Assembly: GCA_030390025.1 (NCBI GenBank)
Contig: JASTWF010000035.1
Span: 744,001 to 808,000, forward strand
Source of the DNA: Squalus acanthias
Taxonomy: Eukaryota
Direction of reading: 5' to 3'
Length of the DNA stretch: 64,000 bases
Within the stretch, counting starts at the first letter, position 1. The number at the start of each line of letters is the position of its first letter. The notes below the pieces were generated by a model that saw nothing but the letters and a program-made list of their open reading frames with translations, was not told the DNA's origin and made no database searches. The translations under genes and the position numbers were made by a program. This document shows, one piece after another, positions 10,812 through 22,100 of this stretch.

Positions 10812-12345
10812 TGTAAGGTTTCCAAAATTTACAGGACCCCAAAACCTAAGGAAAAAGGACTTTGGAACTACCTCAGAGTGATAAAAATGCATTTGGGCCT
10901 AACCTAAGGAATTTAAGACCAAAACCCAAGTTTTGGCATTTTAAAACATGTCTGTGCCTGTAAAGGGACAAGGAGGAGGGTTCGACCTCTGTAAAAGCAG
11001 TTTTGGTTATTGCAGTTAATTACACTGTCTGGGGAACCGGGATGACCTCACTCAAGCCCCAGCAGACATTAACATTTGAACAATAGACCCTGGGAGAAGA
11101 CAGTCCCACCCAAAATAACAGGCCCCATCAAACCAATTACAGGGCCCATCAGAAACATGCATAATAAAAACCACTCAGACCCATTCTATAGAAAGACCGA
11201 GTCCAGCCTAGAAAACCAAACATGAAACCAATCACCAGTGATCAACCACGGAAATCGTCAGGATGCAAGTCATCCCAAAAACCATTTCACACTTACAGAG
11301 CAGTTACTGGTAACGAGCCCGCCAAAACCAGACAATAAACTGAGCAGATTTGGCGGGCAGATAAGGCCACTTCAATTTGGTATAATTGAAGGCCTGTTAA
11401 GCGGTTCGACAGTCGAGACAAGCGGGTCATCAGCATCACACACACAGTCGAGTGTGGAGACAAGGAGCAACATCACAGACGTAAGTCGAGCTGGAAGCGA
11501 GTCGGCATCGCTCACCACTCAGACACACCTGAGTCCAGCTCGTGAAGACACCACCTCGACGGACCTCCAACAACGGTCCCAACACAGTCACCCGGAGCAA
11601 CAAGCAGCAAGAAGACATCGACGGCTCCACGAGGTCGACCGACACACTAGACAAGGCCTAAAACTATCGCGGAAACCAAAGGCCTCACGAAACCAACAAC
11701 CGCACATTACCCCCAACTGACCGGGTAATAGCAGGCCACCGCGACCAACAAAGACCATCTCAAGGGAAGAAAACCCGAAGAACAGCAAAGTTTCCACACT
11801 ACAAACTACTCCTGACTTACCCCTGGGTAAGATTTTCCCCAAAGACTCTAAACCCTACTCCTAACCAAAAGAAATTGGGTACTCACCTGATAGATCCAAA
11901 CCGACATCCTACCGCATCAGCGGACTCACGAAGACTGACCAGAGACCCAGGTGAAGTCCTCTACCGCGTACGGGGTACGGCAGACACTAACCGCCATAAA
12001 CAGCGAACCCCAAAACCGCGATTTAGCCCAACTGTCAAAGGATTGGTGAGCATTATCCCTGGTCCTTCAAAGCCTAACTTAGCTAGTAAAGTGGGGTTGG
12101 GAGGGGTGAAGTATTGTTCTACTGTCATTTCCCTCGCTTGTACCCCACCTTTAGAGAGTTAAGAGTGTTATTATTGTGTTTTACCTTTTTAATAAAGATC
12201 GAAGTTCTTTCATCAAACTCAGTTATCTGCTGCACCTTTTATCACAACCCCCAAATAAGTCCAAGGTCTGGAACCAAGGGATTGGGAGCGATTCGAACCG
12301 CTCAGAAGTCAGAGGTGAAGCTGACACAAACCACCACCCCCTACA
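10812..12345 (+). mobile_element. Solo LTR, related second subfamily
   Basis: TGTAAG...CCTACA, 4-bp TSD GGTG (10808-10811, 12346-12349), TATAAT ~11381, AATAAA 12191; 3' part homologous to the other LTRs; inserted into a LINE 3' tail. Confidence 0.92.
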
Positions 12346-12655
12346 GGTGAGATGAAGAGGGGTAGGAGGAGGCTGGTGTGGAGCATAAACACCGGCATAG
12401 AATGGGCTGAATGGCCTGTTTCTGTGCTGTACATTCTATGCAACGTTCTTGTTAAGCTGTGCGGCCTCGGGGCTGTCTGGAGTTCCCGCGCAGGCCGATC
12501 AACAGCTTTTCAATGGGAGATTTCACACATGCTCGAAATATTGAATGGGCCGCGCAGTCCGTTAAAGGGACCGCACACCCAAAAATAAATCAGGGGGAAC
12601 ATTGATTCTATGTTATTCTATGTCGTTTTGTCACAATCTCGTTTCCAATTTTTAG

Positions 12656-12847
12656 ATTTGGTGAAGTGCTCGCAGAATGCACGGATTGTGAATGTCTCTT
12701 CGAAGGTTCACAGAAAGGGGGAGGTAGACTTCAGGCAGATGAGAGGCGACAACCTGCCAAACTCCTGGCCAGATGTGATGTACAACAACACCAAACTAAT
12801 GAACGTCCTGTTCACACTGGAGCTGTCCAATCAACTCCGTCACACAG
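12656..12847 (+). CDS. RDH-like SDR, catalytic exon
   Basis: ttttag acceptor and gtagga donor, phase 1/1; (D)LVKCSQNARIVNVSS...MYNNTKLMNVLFTLEL carries the catalytic Ser (NVSS) and YxxxK. Confidence 0.93.
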
Positions 12848-13012
12848 GTAGGAACAGCCGGGGCTGGAGGGGGGGATGGGGTCTGTCGCTAAGAGTCAGT
12901 GTTCACCCGGACATTCAATAGTGTGAATTTATGAGGGCCGCAATCATTTGCATTAAGTACTGTTGTAGCTGACCTCACAAGACCTGGGTACGATACTCTA
13001 GTGGTTAAGAGC

Positions 13013-14200
13013 ATAAGAAATAGGAGCAGGAGTAGGCCATTCGGCCCTTCGAGCCTGCTCCGCCATTCAATATGATCATGGCTGATCCTCTATCTCAATA
13101 CCATATTCCCGCTCTCTCCCCATACCCCTTGATGCCTTTTGTGTCTAGAAATCTATCTATCTCCTTCTTAAATATATTCAGTGACTTGACCTCCACAGCC
13201 TTCTGTGGTAGAGAATTCCACAGGTTCAACACCCTCTGAGTGAAGAAATTTCTCCTCATCTCAGTCCGAAATGTCCTACCCCGTATCCTGAGACTGTGAC
13301 CCCTCATTCTAGACCCCCCAGCCAGGGGAAACATCCTCCCTGCATCCAGTCTGTCTAGCCCTGTCAGAATTTTATACGTTTGCACAAGATCCCCTCTCAT
13401 TCTTCTAAACTCTAGTGAATACAGGCCTAGTCGACCCAATCTCTCCTCATACGACAGTCCTGCCATCCCAGGAATCAGTCTGGTGAACCTTCGCTGCACT
13501 CCCTCTATGGCAAGTATATCCTTTCTTAGGTAAGGAGACCAAAACTGCACACAGTACTCCAGGTGTGGTCTCACCAAGGCCCTGTATAACTGTAGTAAGA
13601 CATCCTTGCTCCTGTACTCAAATCCCCTTGCAATGAAGGCCAACATGCCATTTGCCTTCCCAACTGCTTGCTGCACCTGCATGTTTGCTTTCAGTGACTG
13701 GTGTACAAGGACACCCAGGTCCCTTTGTACATCAACATTTCCCAATCTAACACCATTTAAATAATACTCTGCCTTTCTGTTTTTCCTACCAAAGTGGATA
13801 ACTTCACATTTATCCACGTTATACTGCATCTGCCATGTATTTGCCCACTCACTCAACTTGTCTAAATCGCCTTGAAGCCTCTTTGCATCCTCCTCACAAC
13901 TCACAATCCCACCTAGTTTCGTGTCATCAGCAAACTTGGAAATATTACATTTGCTTCCCTCATCCAAATCATTGATATATATTGTGAATAGCTGGGGCCC
14001 AAGCACTGATCCGTGCGGTACCCCACTAGTCACCGCCTGCCACCCCGAAAAAGACCCATTTATTCCTACTCTCTGTTTCCTGTCTGTTAACCAATTTTCA
14101 ATCCATGCCTGTATATATTACCCCCAATCCCATGTGCTTTAATTTTGCACACTAACCTCTTATGTGGGACTTTATCAAAGGCCTTCTGAAAATCCAAATA
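13013..14200 (-). mobile_element. 5'-truncated CR1 LINE (RT C-terminal half; ORF 13095-14033)
   Basis: GVPHGSVLGP, FADD, RPHLEYCVQFW; CR1 3' UTR at ~13013-13095. Confidence 0.92.
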
Positions 14201-14356
14201 TACTCAATATGAATATACTCAACGACTGAGCATCTACAGCCCTCTGGGGTAGAGAATTCCAAAGATTCACCACTCTCTGACTGAACAAATTTCTCCTCAT
14301 CTGAATCCTAAATGTCCGACCCCTTATTCTGAGACCATGCCCCCTCATTCTAAGGG

Positions 14357-15636
14357 TGTAAGGGGTTTTTGTCTCGGGCTTATTTGTAGGTCAGCCAGTT
14401 ATGTTTTCCTGGACTGTGCTGCCCGCTGTGCGGTTGCGAATCGCTATCCCCTTCCTAGTTCTGAGCCCAGGACTTATCGAGCGGCGATAATGACAAACGA
14501 ACAGACCCGTGGATTGGTGCGAGGAAAACCAATGTTTATTTAACAGAGATGAAACATAACATGTCAATCTTAACTTCGGTACAAACGAGGGAAATGACAG
14601 GAGAACAATACCTCACCCCTCCCAACCCCACTTTACTAGCTAAGTTAGACTCTTGAGGACCAGGGATAATGCTCACCAAACGAATCCTTTGACAGTTGAG
14701 ATATGGTTTCAAGTCCTTTTAAGTGAAAGTTTCATAAGGCCCTTGTGCCTCGAGGTGTTTGATGGTCACTGGAACCGTTGCTCTGGTTTCTTGCGTGTCG
14801 GTCTGTTTCTGGAGCTGCTGGCCTTCTTTGTTGAACGGTCTTGTTTCTGTTGAACTGTGTACTGGAGAACTCCTGTGATTCAGCTGTCCTGCTTGTGGCC
14901 TCTCTGTCTGGCTTGGACAGCTTGTTTTAAACTGCTAGGCTGCAAAACTGCTCGTCCCTGTGGAACTCCTCTCTGTAGAACTCCCGCTTCTTCCAGCACA
15001 GGTCTCTGTAGCACTCCGGCTTGTAGAACTCGTCTCTGTAGAACTCCGGCTTGTTCCAGCACGGGTTTCAAGTTATACTCTTCGATTGTTCCTTATTTGC
15101 CCGCCAAATCTTCCCAGTGCTTTGTTTAACTCTGGTGGGCTCGTTAAGGTAGTTAACCTTAATGGCAGGAGATGGCCTTTAACGATATTAAATATTTGTT
15201 AAGTGGAGGATGATTGCTGGTCTGATGGTTGTTCATTTGTGTTGAGTACGTCTTTGTATAAATGCTAAACAGTTTGATGGGGCTGGAGACGGGTCGACCA
15301 CCTGTCTGTAGAGGCCAGCCCCGCCTCCCTTGGCAGCCCCTGAGGTCTGTTTAAAAAATGTTTTAAAATGTCCCTGGTCCAATACACTCAATTGGTTTTA
15401 AAATGCCCAAAGCTCCTTTTTCTTAGGGTCTCTCTCTTTTCCTCCGAGTCTTTTGGGGGTCTGGGAATTTCGCAACTCTCTTACAGACCTGGGCATGTCA
15501 CCTGGCCTGCTGTTTTTGCAGGGCCCTGGTTTCTGTTCAATGTTGCAGGCTTCTGCCATGAGGTCTAGAAGCCACTTTGTCCAGGGTACCCCTCATTAAT
15601 AACTCTGGGGAATGTGGGAATTTTGAGAACCCTACA
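14357..15636 (-). mobile_element. Solo LTR, third related subfamily, inserted into a Harbinger-type TIR
   Basis: TGTAAG...CCTACA, TSD AGGG (14353-14356, 15637-15640); shares the CTAGCTA...CAGGGATAATGCTCACCAAACGAATCC block with the other LTRs; removing it restores TAA-GGGCTAGAAATTC. Confidence 0.9.
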
Positions 15637-16089
15637 AGGGCTAGAAATTCGCCTCCTTTGCGCCTCCCGTTAGCGCCTCTGGGGGACGATATCGGGGCAC
15701 TACCGGCTTTGCGACCGGGCGCGGCTAGAGTACCGACGCCCGCGAAATTCCCGTTGAGGTTTGCAGCGGCGGTAACCCCTAGCGCCACGATCTCCTGCGC
15801 CCGGAGATCGTGACGTCATCGTGCTGTGCAGCGCCCCAGACCCGAAATTCAGTTCCTCCCCCTGCAGCATCTCCGGGCGATAACCCCGACAGCTGCAGGA
15901 GGCGTTGTCAGGGAGGTCGGCCGCTTGAGCTGCGGGATTTAAAAATGATGATGGTTGCGTGAAAAAGAAATGTTCTTAATGCCTTACGTCCATTTTGTCA
16001 GCATTTTCTTCGGCCGTGATCGATCAGCCCTGCGCTCTGTTAGAGTGCTTGGGGCTGATCGTGTCGGATCGCGGCTGCCGTCGGTGACA

Positions 16090-18010
16090 ATTGTACAATT
16101 GTAGCAAGACTTCCTTACTCTTATACTCCAATCCCCTTGCAATAAAGGCCAACATGCCATCTGCCTTCCTAATTGCTTGCTGTGTACATGCATGCTAACT
16201 CTCTGTGACTCCTGTACGAGGACACCCAAATCTCTCTGAACACCAACATTTAATAGTTTCTCACCTTTTAAAAAATATTCTGTTTTTCTATTCTTCCTAC
16301 CAAAGTGAATAACCTCACATTTCCCCACATTATATTCCAGCTGCCACCTTATTGTCCACTCACTTAACCAGTCTATAACCAGGCTCTTTGCATCCTCCTC
16401 ACAACTTTTTTTTTTGTTTCTGGGATGTGGGCGTCGCTGATTACTGTCCCACCAGCTTTATATCATCAGCAAACTTGGATATATTATAGCAAAATACTGC
16501 GGATGCTGGAAATCCGAAATAACAACAGAAAATGCGGGAATAACTCAGCAGGCCAGGCAACATCCGTTGAGAGAGAAAGAGAGTTAACGTTTCAGGTCGA
16601 AACCCTTCGTCGGGACTGAGAGAGCAAGAAATAAACAGATAAAAATGCAAGGGGGAGGCTGGGGGGAGGAATAAAAGAACAAAAGGGATGGTCTTTCGTG
16701 AGTAGAGACATTGAGAGATGCTCAAGGCAAGACGAGATGGTAATGGGACAGGTTGAGAAACAAAAGGTAAGGTGTGAAATGCTGGCAGAATCAGAGACAG
16801 CTGCCGTGGGGGGAGAGAGAGAAAAAAAGGAAAAAGGCACGGACCAAAAGAGTGGATAAAATGTATACATATGTGGTAGGGGCCGGGGTTATGATCTGAA
16901 ATTGTTGAACTCGATATTGAGTCCGGAAGGCTGTAAAGTGCCTAAACGGAAGATGAGGTGCTGTTCCTGGAGCTTACGCTGAGCTTCCGTGGAACAATGC
17001 AAGAGGCCGAGGACGGTGAGGTCTGAGTGAGCGTGGAGGGGTGAATTAAAATGACAAGCGACCGGAAGCTCGGGGTCACCCTTCCGGACTGAACATTTAA
17101 TCCACTCCTTTGGTCCGTGCCTTTTTCCTTTTTTTCTCTCTCTCCCCCCACGGCAGCTGTCTCTGATTCTGCCAGCATTTCACACCTTACCTTTTGTTTC
17201 TCAACCTGTCCCATTACCATCTCGTCTTGCCTTGAGCATCTCTCAATGTCTCTACTCACTAAAGACCATCCCTTTTGTTCTTTTATTCCTCCCCCCAGCC
17301 TCCCCCTTGCATTTTTATCTGTTTATTTCTTGCTCTTTCAGTTCCGACGAAGGGTTTCGACCTGAAACGTTAACTCTCTTTCTCTCTCCACGGATGTTGC
17401 CTGGCCTGCTGAGTTTTTCCAGCGTTTTCTGTTGTTATTTTGGATATATTATACTTGGTCCCTTCATCTAAGCCATTGATATAGATTGTAAATAGCTGAG
17501 GCCCCAGCTCTGATCCTTGCGGCACCCCACTAGTTACAATCTGTCACCCCAAAGTGACCCATTTATCCCAACTCTCTGTTTTCTGTCCGTTAACCAATCC
17601 TCAATCCATGCTAACCTATTACCCCAACCCCATGAGCCCTAATCTTGTGCAACAACCTCCTGTGTGGCACCTTATCAAATGCTTTTTGAAAATCCAAATA
17701 TACTACATCCACTGGTTTCCCCTGATCTACCCTGCTCGTTACATCCTCAAAACTTGTTGTTTGATATAAATACAACAACTTGGATTTATATAAAACTCTA
17801 ACAGGTTTGGCGAACATGATTTCCCTTTCATAAATCCGTGTTGACTCTACCCAATCCTATTATTATTTTCTAAGTGCCCTGTTACCATGTCCCTAATAAT
17901 AGATTCCAGCATTTTCCCTACTACTGATGTCAGGCTAACTGGGCTGTAGTTCCCTGTTTTCTCTCTCCCTCCTTTCTTGAACAGCAGGGTGACATTTGCT
18001 ACCTTCCAAT
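16090..18010 (-). mobile_element. Fragmented CR1 ORF2 pieces (interrupted by Penelope at 16489-17439)
   Basis: Minus-strand peptides [33 protein letters not shown]. Confidence 0.8.
16489..17439. mobile_element. Truncated Penelope element with an inverted pLTR (minus 16489-17095, plus 17096-17439)
   Basis: Near-identical to the 3' end of the Penelope at 35587-37719; inversion junction at ~17095; 14-bp TSD TTGGATATATTATA (16475-16488, 17440-17453); hammerhead motifs at 16582-16618 (-) and 17340-17375 (+). Confidence 0.88.
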
Positions 18011-18103
18011 CCGCAGGGAGGGATTGTTTTGAAATAAGGAGTTGTGTTTGGAATTCCGCCCCCTGCTGGACTCGTGCCTAAAGCCTTTTCTGTACACTGG
18101 CAG

Positions 18104-18213
18104 GTGTGACGGTCAATGCTGTTCATCCGGGAGTGGTGATGACGGAGGTGACGAGGAATTACAATCTGTGCTCACGAGTGATCGTCAAACTGATTGGAAT
18201 CTTCTTCTTCAAG
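18104..18213 (+). CDS. RDH-like SDR, internal exon
   Basis: ggcag acceptor and gtcagt donor, phase 1/0; (G)VTVNAVHPGVVMTEVTRNY...FFK, the SDR V-x-PG-x-V-x-T motif. Confidence 0.92.
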
Positions 18214-18310
18214 GTCAGTGCCCACGAGAGGCATCAGTCACATGCCCGCCTCGATGCCAAGGGCAACTCTGAGTGCCTGGTGATTCTCAGTGTGCCTGGC
18301 TCGGATAAAG

Positions 18311-18640
18311 AAAGGAGGAACTTGGATTTATGTGGCACCTTGCACGACCTCAGGACGTCCCGAAGCGCTTTACTATTGAAGTGTAGTCACGGTTGTAATG
18401 AGGGAATTTGCACACAGCAAGCCCCCACAAACAGCAACGTGATAATGACCAAATTAGTTCTTTCTTACTGATGTTGGTTGAGGGATAATTATTGGCCAGA
18501 ACACCAGTGCGAACTCCCCTGCTCTGCTTTGATTAGTGCCACGGGATCTTTTACATGCAGCTGAGAGAGCAGACGGGGACTCTGTAAAATGTCTCATTTG
18601 AAAGATGGCACCTCCGACGGTGCAGCGCTCCCTCTCTACT
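18311..18640 (-). mobile_element. Deu-domain SINE fragment
   Basis: Homologous to the complete copy at 38240-38700 (GGGATCTTTTAC...CTGAGAGAGCAGACGGGG...GGCACCTCCGAC). Confidence 0.75.
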
Positions 18641-19119
18641 GCCCCTCCGACACTGCAGCGCTCCCTCTCTACTGCCCCTCTGACAGTGCAGCGCTCCCTC
18701 AGTACTGCCCCTCCGAAACTGCAGCGCTCCCTCAGTACTGCCCCTCCGACACTGCAGCGCTCCCTCAGTACTGCCCCTCCGACAGTGCAGCGCTCCCTCT
18801 CTACTACCCCTCCAACACTGCAGCGCTCCCTCAGTACTGCCCCTCTGACAGTGCAGCGCTCCCTCTCTACTACCCCTCCAACACTGCAGCGCTCCCTCAG
18901 TACTGCCCCTCTGACAGTGCAGCGCTCCCTCAGTACTGCCCCTCTAACAGTGCAGCTCTCCCTCAGTACTGCCCCTCTGACAGTGCAGCGCTCCCTCTCT
19001 ACTACCCCTCCGACAGTGCGGCGCTCCCTCGCTACTGCCCCTCCAACAGTGCAGCACTCCCTCAGTACTGCCCCTCTGACACAGCAGCGCTCCCTCTCTA
19101 CTGCCCCTCCGACAGAGCA
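18611..19119. repeat. 33-bp minisatellite (~15 copies) derived from the SINE body
   Basis: Unit CCCTCCGACAGTGCAGCGCTCCCTCAGTACTGC matches SINE sequence at ~38559-38590. Confidence 0.9.
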
Positions 19120-22100
19120 GCTCTCCCTTCACTGTACTCCTCTCCCTTCACTGTACACCTCTCCCTTCACTGTACACCTCTCCCTTCACTGTACACCTCT
19201 CCCTTCACTGTACACCTCTCCCTTCACTGTACACCTCGCCCTTCACTGTACACCTCTCCCTTCACTGTACTCCTCTCCCTTCACTGTACACCTCTCCCTT
19301 CACTGTACACCTCTCACTTCACTGTACTACTCTCCCTTCACTGTACACCTCCCCCTTCACTGTACACCACTCCATTCACTGTACTCCTCTCCCTTCACTG
19401 TACACCTCTCCCTTCACTGTACACCTCTCCCTTCACTGTACTCCTCTCCGCTCCCTGTACACCTCTCCGCTCTCTGTACACCTCTCGCTTCACAGTACAC
19501 CTCTCTCTTCACTGTACTCCTCTCCCTTCACTGTACTCCTATCCCTTCACTGTACTCCTCTCCGCCCCCTGGACACCTCTCCGCTCCCTGTACACCTCTC
19601 CGCTCCCTGTACACCTCTCGCTTCACTGTACACCTCTCTCTTCACTGTACTCCTCTCCCTTGATTGTACACCTCTCCCTTCACTGTACTCCTCTCCCTTC
19701 ACTATACTCCTCTCCCTTCACTGTACTCCTCTCCCTTCGCTGTACACGTCAACCTACGCTGTACACCTCTCCCTTCGCTGTACACCTCTCCCTTCACTGT
19801 ACTACTCTCCCTTCACTGTACACCTCTCCCTTCACTGTACTCCCCTCCCTTCACTGTACACCTCTCCCTTCACTGTACACCTCACCCTTCACTGTACTCC
19901 TCTCCCATCACTGTACACCTCTCCCTTCACTGTACACCTCTCCCTTCACTGTACTCCTCTCCCTTCACTGTACACCTCTCCCTTCACTGTACACCTCTCC
20001 CTTCACTGTACTCCTCTCCCTTCACTGTATACCTCTCCCTTCACTGTACTCCTCACCCATCACTGTACAAATCCCCTTCGCTGTACACCTCTTCCTTCAC
20101 TGTACTCCTCTCCCTTCACTGTACACCTCTCCCTTCACTTTACACCTCTCTCTTCAGTGTACCCCTCTCCCTTCACTGTACACCTCTCCCTTCACTGTAC
20201 TCCTCTCTCTTCACTGTACTCCTCTCCCTTCACTGTACTCCTCTCCCTTCACTGTACTCCTCTCCCTTCACTGTACTCCTCTCCCTTTACTGTACTCCTC
20301 TCCCTTCACTGTACTCCTCTTCCTTCACTGTACTCCTCTCCCTTCACTGTACTCCTCTCCGCTCCCTGTACACCTCTCCGCTCCCTGTAATCCTCTCCGC
20401 TCCCTGTCCACCTCTCCCTTCACTGTACTCCTCTCTCTTCACTGTACTCCTCTACCTTGACTGTACACCTCTCCCTTGACTGTACATCTCTCCCTTCAAT
20501 GTACTCCTCTCCCTTCACTGTACACCTCTCCGCTCACTATGCAACTCTCCCTTCACTGTACACCTATCCACTCCCTGTACATCTCTCCATTCACAGTACA
20601 CCGCTCCCTTCACTGTACACCTCTCCCTTCACTGTACACCTCTCCCTTCACTGTACTCCTCTCCCTTCACTGTACACCTCTCCCTTCACTGTACACCTCT
20701 CCCTTCACTGTACACCTCTCCCTTCACTGTACACCTCTCCCTTCACTGTACTCCTCTCCCTTCACTGTACTCCTCTCCCTTCACTGTACTCCTCTCCCTT
20801 CACTGTACACCTCTCCCTTCACTGTACTCCTCTCCCTTCACTGTACTCCTCTCCCTTCACTGTACACCTCTCCCTTCACTGTCCACCTCACCCTTCACTG
20901 TTCTCCTCTCCCTTCACTGTACACCTCTCCCTTCACTGTACACCTCTCCCTTCACTGTCCACCTCTCCCTTGACTGTACACCTCTCCCTTCAATGTACAC
21001 CTCTCCTTTCACTGTACACCGCTCCCTTCACTGTACACCTCTCCGCTCCCTGTACATCTCTCCATTCACTGTACACCTCTCCCTTCACTGTACACCTCTC
21101 CCTTCACTGTACACCTCTCCATTCACTGTACACCTATCCCTTCACTGTACACCTCTCCCTTCACTGTACTCCTCTCCCTTCACTGTACACCTCTCCCTTC
21201 ACTGTACACCTCTACCTTCACTGTACTCCTCACCCTTCACTGTACACCTCTCCCTTCACTGTACACCTTTCCCTTCACTGTACACCTCACCCTTCACTGT
21301 ACACCTTTACCTTCAGTGTACACCTTTCCCTTCACTGTACTCCTCTCCCTTCACTGATCTCCTCTCCCTTCACTGTACTCCTCGCCCTTCACTGTACACC
21401 TCTCCCTTCACTGTACTCCTCTCCCTTCACTGTACACCTCTCCCTTCACTGTACACCCCTCCCTTCACTGTACTCCTCTTCCTTCAGTGTACACCTCTCC
21501 CTTCACTGTACACCTCTCCCTTCACTGTCCACCTCTCGCTTCACTGTACACGTCTCCCTTCACTGTACTCCTCTCCCTTCACTGTTCACCTCTCCCTTTA
21601 CTGTACACCTCTCCCTTCACGGTCCACCTCTCCCTTCACTGTACACCTCTCCCTTCAGTGTACTACTCTCTCTTCAGTGTACTCTTCTCTCTTCACTGTA
21701 CACCTCTCCCTTCACTGTAATCCTCTCCCTTCACTGTACTCCTCTCCCTTCACTGTACACCTCTCTCTTCACTGTACTCCTCTCCGCTCCCTGTACACCT
21801 CTCCCTTCACTGTACACCTCTCCCTTCACTGTACACCTCTCCCTTCACTGTACACCTCTCTCTTCACTGTACTCCTCTCCGCTCCCTGTTGACCTCTCCC
21901 TTCGCTATACTCCTCTCCCTTCACTGTACACCTCTCCGCCCGCTGTAGACCTCTCCCTTCACTGTACATCTCTCCATTCACTGTACTCCTCTCCATTCAC
22001 TGTACTCCTCTCCATTCACTGAACACCTCTCCCTTCACTGCACTCCTCTCCCTTCACTGTACACCTCTCACTTCACTGTACTCCTCTCCCTTCACTGTAC

